Source: an uncultured cyanobacterium (GTDB taxonomy: Bacteria > Cyanobacteriota > Cyanobacteriia > PCC-6307 > Cyanobiaceae). Taken from it: DNA of 26,599 bases. Below are positions 22,446 to 26,599 of this stretch, piece after piece. The notes under the pieces are model-generated. The model had not been told where the DNA came from. It made no database searches and saw only the letters and a program-made list of their open reading frames with translations. Position numbers and translations under genes: made by a program. The stretch is from assembly GCA_963765575.1 (NCBI GenBank), contig CAVXWZ010000010.1:1-26599 (forward strand), in the 5' to 3' direction. Positions within the stretch are counted from its first letter, which is position 1; the number at the start of each line of letters is the position of its first letter.

Positions 22446-23093
22446 GTGAAACGTCCCCCGCCCCCGCTGCCAAAGTCCTTCCGGGTGCCGCCCGCTGAGC
22501 AGGGCGCCCTGTTGATCGAGGCCCTGGTGGTGAGCGTGGTTGTCACTGTTGCCCTGCTGGGCACCATCGGCGTGATCAACATCGCTAACCAGCAGCGCCA
22601 GCGGGCCGGCCAGCGCAACCAGCTCAGCACCGCTATTGATGCCGATCTCGCCGAGGTTCAAGACCTCGCCACCGTGCTCACCTGCTGCAGTGGCGCTTGC
22701 ACCCTGGGGATCCCCGCAGGCATCACGCCAGGCCCCACCTCACCTTGCGCCACCACCAATCTCCGCGACGACCGCTACTTCTATCCGCAACTCGACTCCG
22801 ACCCCGCTGCTGCTGGGAGCAAACCCCAGTTAGTGGACGCCCTCTGCCAAGAACCCAATGCCGGCATCATCAGCGCCGGCGTGCTGGCTCAGTTCAACGC
22901 TCTGCCCGTGGACGCCGGTATCACGGCGGCCGGCGGGGTGCGCCAGCCCATCGTGCGGCTCAACTCAGTGCAGAATCAGCTCGGCAACCAGAACATCCTC
23001 CAGGTCACCTACACCGACAGCAACGCGGCAGATCCAAACGCCCCGGTGCGCGTGGCCCGCGTGGTGCCGCCGATGGCCCGTTTCTGCCCATGA
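22446..23093 (+). CDS. PilV-like minor pilin (operon 2)
   Basis: EQG|ALLIEALVVSVVVTVALLGTIGVI prepilin motif with E5. Intact ORF with Cys-rich head. GTGA and ATGA overlaps at both ends. Confidence 0.8.
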   Translation: MKRPPPPLPKSFRVPPAEQGALLIEALVVSVVVTVALLGTIGVINIANQQRQRAGQRNQLSTAIDADLAEVQDLATVLTCCSGACTLGIPAGITPGPTSPCATTNLRDDRYFYPQLDSDPAAAGSKPQLVDALCQEPNAGIISAGVLAQFNALPVDAGITAAGGVRQPIVRLNSVQNQLGNQNILQVTYTDSNAADPNAPVRVARVVPPMARFCP

Positions 23094-23615
23094 AACGCTC
23101 CTCCTCCGCCAGCGGCTTCACGCTCATCGAACTCCTGGTGGTGATCGTGATCCTGGGCGTGATCGCCGCCGTGGGCGGTGGCTCACTGCTCAACACCGCC
23201 CGCCGCGAACGCGCCAACACCGTGGCCTCCGAACTCTCGGGCTGGCTGGATCAGGTGAGCCGCGACGCCATCCGCTTCAACGCACTCGTCGACTCCGCCG
23301 ATCCAGACGAAGCCTGCACTGTGACCATCACGACCGGCAACCTGGCCCCCGGTGCGGATGGCACGATCGCGCGAGCTGCGTGCGGATAGGGCTCACGGTG
23401 CCGGATCTGGCGCTTCAACGCCCCACCGCCAGATCGCCGCCACCCCCTTCGTGTTCACACGCGGGGCACGTGGCCACGGCATCACCATCAATGTGAGCGT
23501 CAACAACCAGCGCCCCCTGCGCTGTATCCGCCTCGTCGGTCTGATCGGCGTGCTCGAGGTGGGCCGCAACAACCAGGCATCCAGCGGCACCTGCAACGAA
23601 TGGAGCCGCGTCTGA
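23090..23615 (+). CDS. FimT/FimU-like minor pilin (operon 2), frameshifted
   Basis: MKRSSSASG|FTLIELLVVIVILGVIAAVG...RERANTVASELSGWL. C-terminus RCIRLVGLIGVLEVG...C lies in ORF 23352..23615. Confidence 0.82.
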
Positions 23616-23619
23616 CGCC

Positions 23620-24270
23620 ATGAAGCGCAAATCCCCCCCCGTCCCCAGTCCCCCCAGCTCCGAGAGCGGCGTCACCCTGGTGGAGCTGCTGGTAGCGCTG
23701 GTGATCAGCGGCCTGTTTGTGCCCCTGATCTGGACCACGATCCGAGGCTCCATCCAGTTTTTTGAGGCCACCGTCTGGCAGGTGCAGCTGGAGCGCGATC
23801 TCGATCGCCTCACCACCCTGATCACCAGCGAAGCTAACGACGCCTGCCAGCTCGGCACCAATGCCGCCTCTCTGCCCGCAGACTGTGTTCCGGCAGCAGA
23901 CTTCACATGCGACACGGCGCAGCGCAACCAGCTGCGCATGCGCGTCACCCTGCTGGATGCAAACAACGCCCCGGCGGGAACACGGGTCATTCGTTATTTC
24001 AGGCCGGGTGGTGGAACCAATCTCGAGCGAAATGGCCCCGCCGTTCTAGCCAACGGCCAATTAGATCCCAATAACAACAACAACCGTCAGTTGTTGATGC
24101 GCGGTGTCACGACCTTTCGCACAACCTTGAACGATGACTGCACCTCTGCCACCGTTCAGCTCACCGTGGCCCCCGTGGCGCCCAACACCTTCACCCCCAC
24201 CCAGGGCTTGGGCAACCCCGTGACCCGCACCATTGGGCTGCGCACCGGCTCGCGGCCCTTCGTCGACTGA
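23620..24270 (+). CDS. PilW-like minor pilin (operon 2)
   Basis: ESG|VTLVELLVALVISGLFVPLIW prepilin motif. Intact 216 aa with LERNGPAVLANGQLD. Confidence 0.83.
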   Translation: MKRKSPPVPSPPSSESGVTLVELLVALVISGLFVPLIWTTIRGSIQFFEATVWQVQLERDLDRLTTLITSEANDACQLGTNAASLPADCVPAADFTCDTAQRNQLRMRVTLLDANNAPAGTRVIRYFRPGGGTNLERNGPAVLANGQLDPNNNNNRQLLMRGVTTFRTTLNDDCTSATVQLTVAPVAPNTFTPTQGLGNPVTRTIGLRTGSRPFVD

Positions 24271-24281
24271 TCCCCCAGCCC

Positions 24282-24943
24282 ATGCCCTCAACCGCCGACC
24301 CGGATTCGCCCGCGTTCTCCATCGCCAACACCGATGCCCAGCTGCTCTTCGGGGTGGCCCAGGAATTCGCCTGGCGGCACCACAACCTGCCCCCGGGCGA
24401 CCGCGCCAGCGCCGAGCACTCTCACCCCTGCCGGCTGAGCTACGCCCTCAATGACAGCGACGGCCAGCTGATCATGCGCATCCCCATCCGGGAGCTGGAG
24501 CAGGGCCTGCGCCAACGCCGCCGGGCCCTGCTGCGCCTGCTGCGCCTTCGCAGCGCCGGCATCACCTGGACGCCCTCACGGGCCGCCAGGTACGACCTCC
24601 AGCAGCTCAACCAGGCGATCAAGAAACAGCCGCGCTCGGTGATGGCCCTGATCTGGGCGATCAGCACCGGCCAGCCCTACCCCCGGCCCGCCATCGGCCG
24701 GCGGCAGGTGCTGATCACCGTGCTGCTGCTGCTCTGCCTGCTGATTCCCGGGCTCGTCTACATCGCCCTGCTGGCGAAGCGTCAGCGGCGCTACCAGAAG
24801 GAGCTCGAGCAGCTCACGAAGCAGTGGCGGGCCGCCGGGATGCCCGAACCCGACGACACCCTGCTGCTCAGCCTCATTCACCGCCCAGCGCCGCAGCCAA
24901 GCCCGGCGCCGCATCCCAGCCAGGCGTGGCGAGCGATTCCTAA
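24282..24943 (+). CDS. Hypothetical membrane protein; true stop uncertain (the ORF as given runs to 25061, into nifU)
   Basis: ATG 11 nt after the pilW-like stop. Hydrophobic segment [22 protein letters not shown] followed by a basic stretch and WRAAGMPEP. Confidence 0.6.
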
Positions 24944-24946
24944 GAT
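24941..24946 (+). promoter_or_regulatory. Candidate -10 element (TAAGAT) for nifU
   Basis: TAnnnT hexamer 23 nt upstream of ATG 24970. Confidence 0.35.
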
Positions 24947-24969
24947 CACAGTCCAGCTCCCGAGCCGCC

Positions 24970-25251
24970 ATGACCAGCTCCGCCACCGACACCACCAGCG
25001 ACACCGCCAGCAGCGATCCCCGCGCCCTCACGGTCGAGAACGTGGAGCGCAACCTCGATGAACTGCGTCCCTACCTGATGGCCGACGGCGGCAACGTCGA
25101 GGTGGTGGAAATCGAGGGGCCGATCGTGAAGGTGCGGCTGCAGGGCGCCTGCGGCAGCTGCCCCAGCAGCACCATGACCCTCAAGATGGGCATCGAGCGC
25201 AAGCTGCGTGAGGCCATCCCCGAGATCGCCGAAGTGGTGCAGGTGCTCTGA
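24970..25251 (+). CDS. nifU: NifU/NfuA-family Fe-S cluster scaffold/carrier
   Basis: [18 protein letters not shown]...[23 protein letters not shown], containing the CxxC motif. Confidence 0.95.
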   Translation: MTSSATDTTSDTASSDPRALTVENVERNLDELRPYLMADGGNVEVVEIEGPIVKVRLQGACGSCPSSTMTLKMGIERKLREAIPEIAEVVQVL

Positions 25252-25279
25252 GCCGCTGATCCCGACCTTGGCGGCCCCC

Positions 25280-25285
25280 TAGTCT
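25280..25285 (+). promoter_or_regulatory. Candidate -10 element (TAGTCT) for serS
   Basis: TAnnnT hexamer 23 nt upstream of GTG 25309. Confidence 0.3.
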
Positions 25286-25308
25286 TCCGGCCGCCACCAC
25301 AGCCCGCC

Positions 25309-26582
<1,274 letters not shown>

Positions 26583-26599
26583 CGGGCGGCCCCGGCGGC

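Larger units (their letters stand above)
18420..22449 (+). pseudogene. Large PilX-like minor pilin / putative tip adhesin (~925 aa reconstructed), interrupted by IS5 and out of frame at a G9 tract
   Basis: Leader ending AERG|AISAAAGIVASLVLILSGAAVV (no E5), followed by SRQARGAAAEGA. Segments 18420-19210, 19210-20118 and 21369-22449 are collinear. It ends IDWVARSTTNTRLW* with a GTGA overlap to the next pilin gene. Confidence 0.8.

Noticed and set aside
24982..25017. Imperfect repeat at the nifU 5' end ([12 protein letters not shown])
   Set aside because: Low-complexity N-terminal extension; not an array.

Overview
High-GC picocyanobacterial (Cyanobium/Synechococcus-like) DNA, judged from lepA, nifU, serS and the pilin types. 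Many genes carry single-base frameshifts, including the essential serS, so most are probably long-read assembly errors. Genes were therefore reconstructed across frames and their ends are approximate. The window is a type IV pilus locus. The left part has a major pilin (pilA, with its own terminator) surrounded by candidate tailoring enzymes: two TPR-GT41 (OGT/SPINDLY-like) glycosyltransferases, one apparently fused to an FkbM methyltransferase, a second FkbM methyltransferase, a SAM methyltransferase with a regulatory-type domain, and an HxD...H oxygenase-like orphan. A convergent OmpR-type two-component pair lies among them. Two four-gene minor-pilin operons with the same order (pilX-, pilV-, fimT-, pilW-like) point away from each other on either side of a FitAB/VapBC toxin-antitoxin pair, two orphan genes and lepA. 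The second operon starts with a ~925-aa PilX-like putative tip adhesin. It is out of frame at a G9 tract and split by a complete 1246-bp IS5-family element (16-bp terminal inverted repeats, TTCA target duplication) inserted in an AT-richer jelly-roll-like module. nifU and serS close the window. The best candidate for an undescribed system is a pilin glycosylation/methylation island combined with two alternative, possibly switchable, pilus tip sets.
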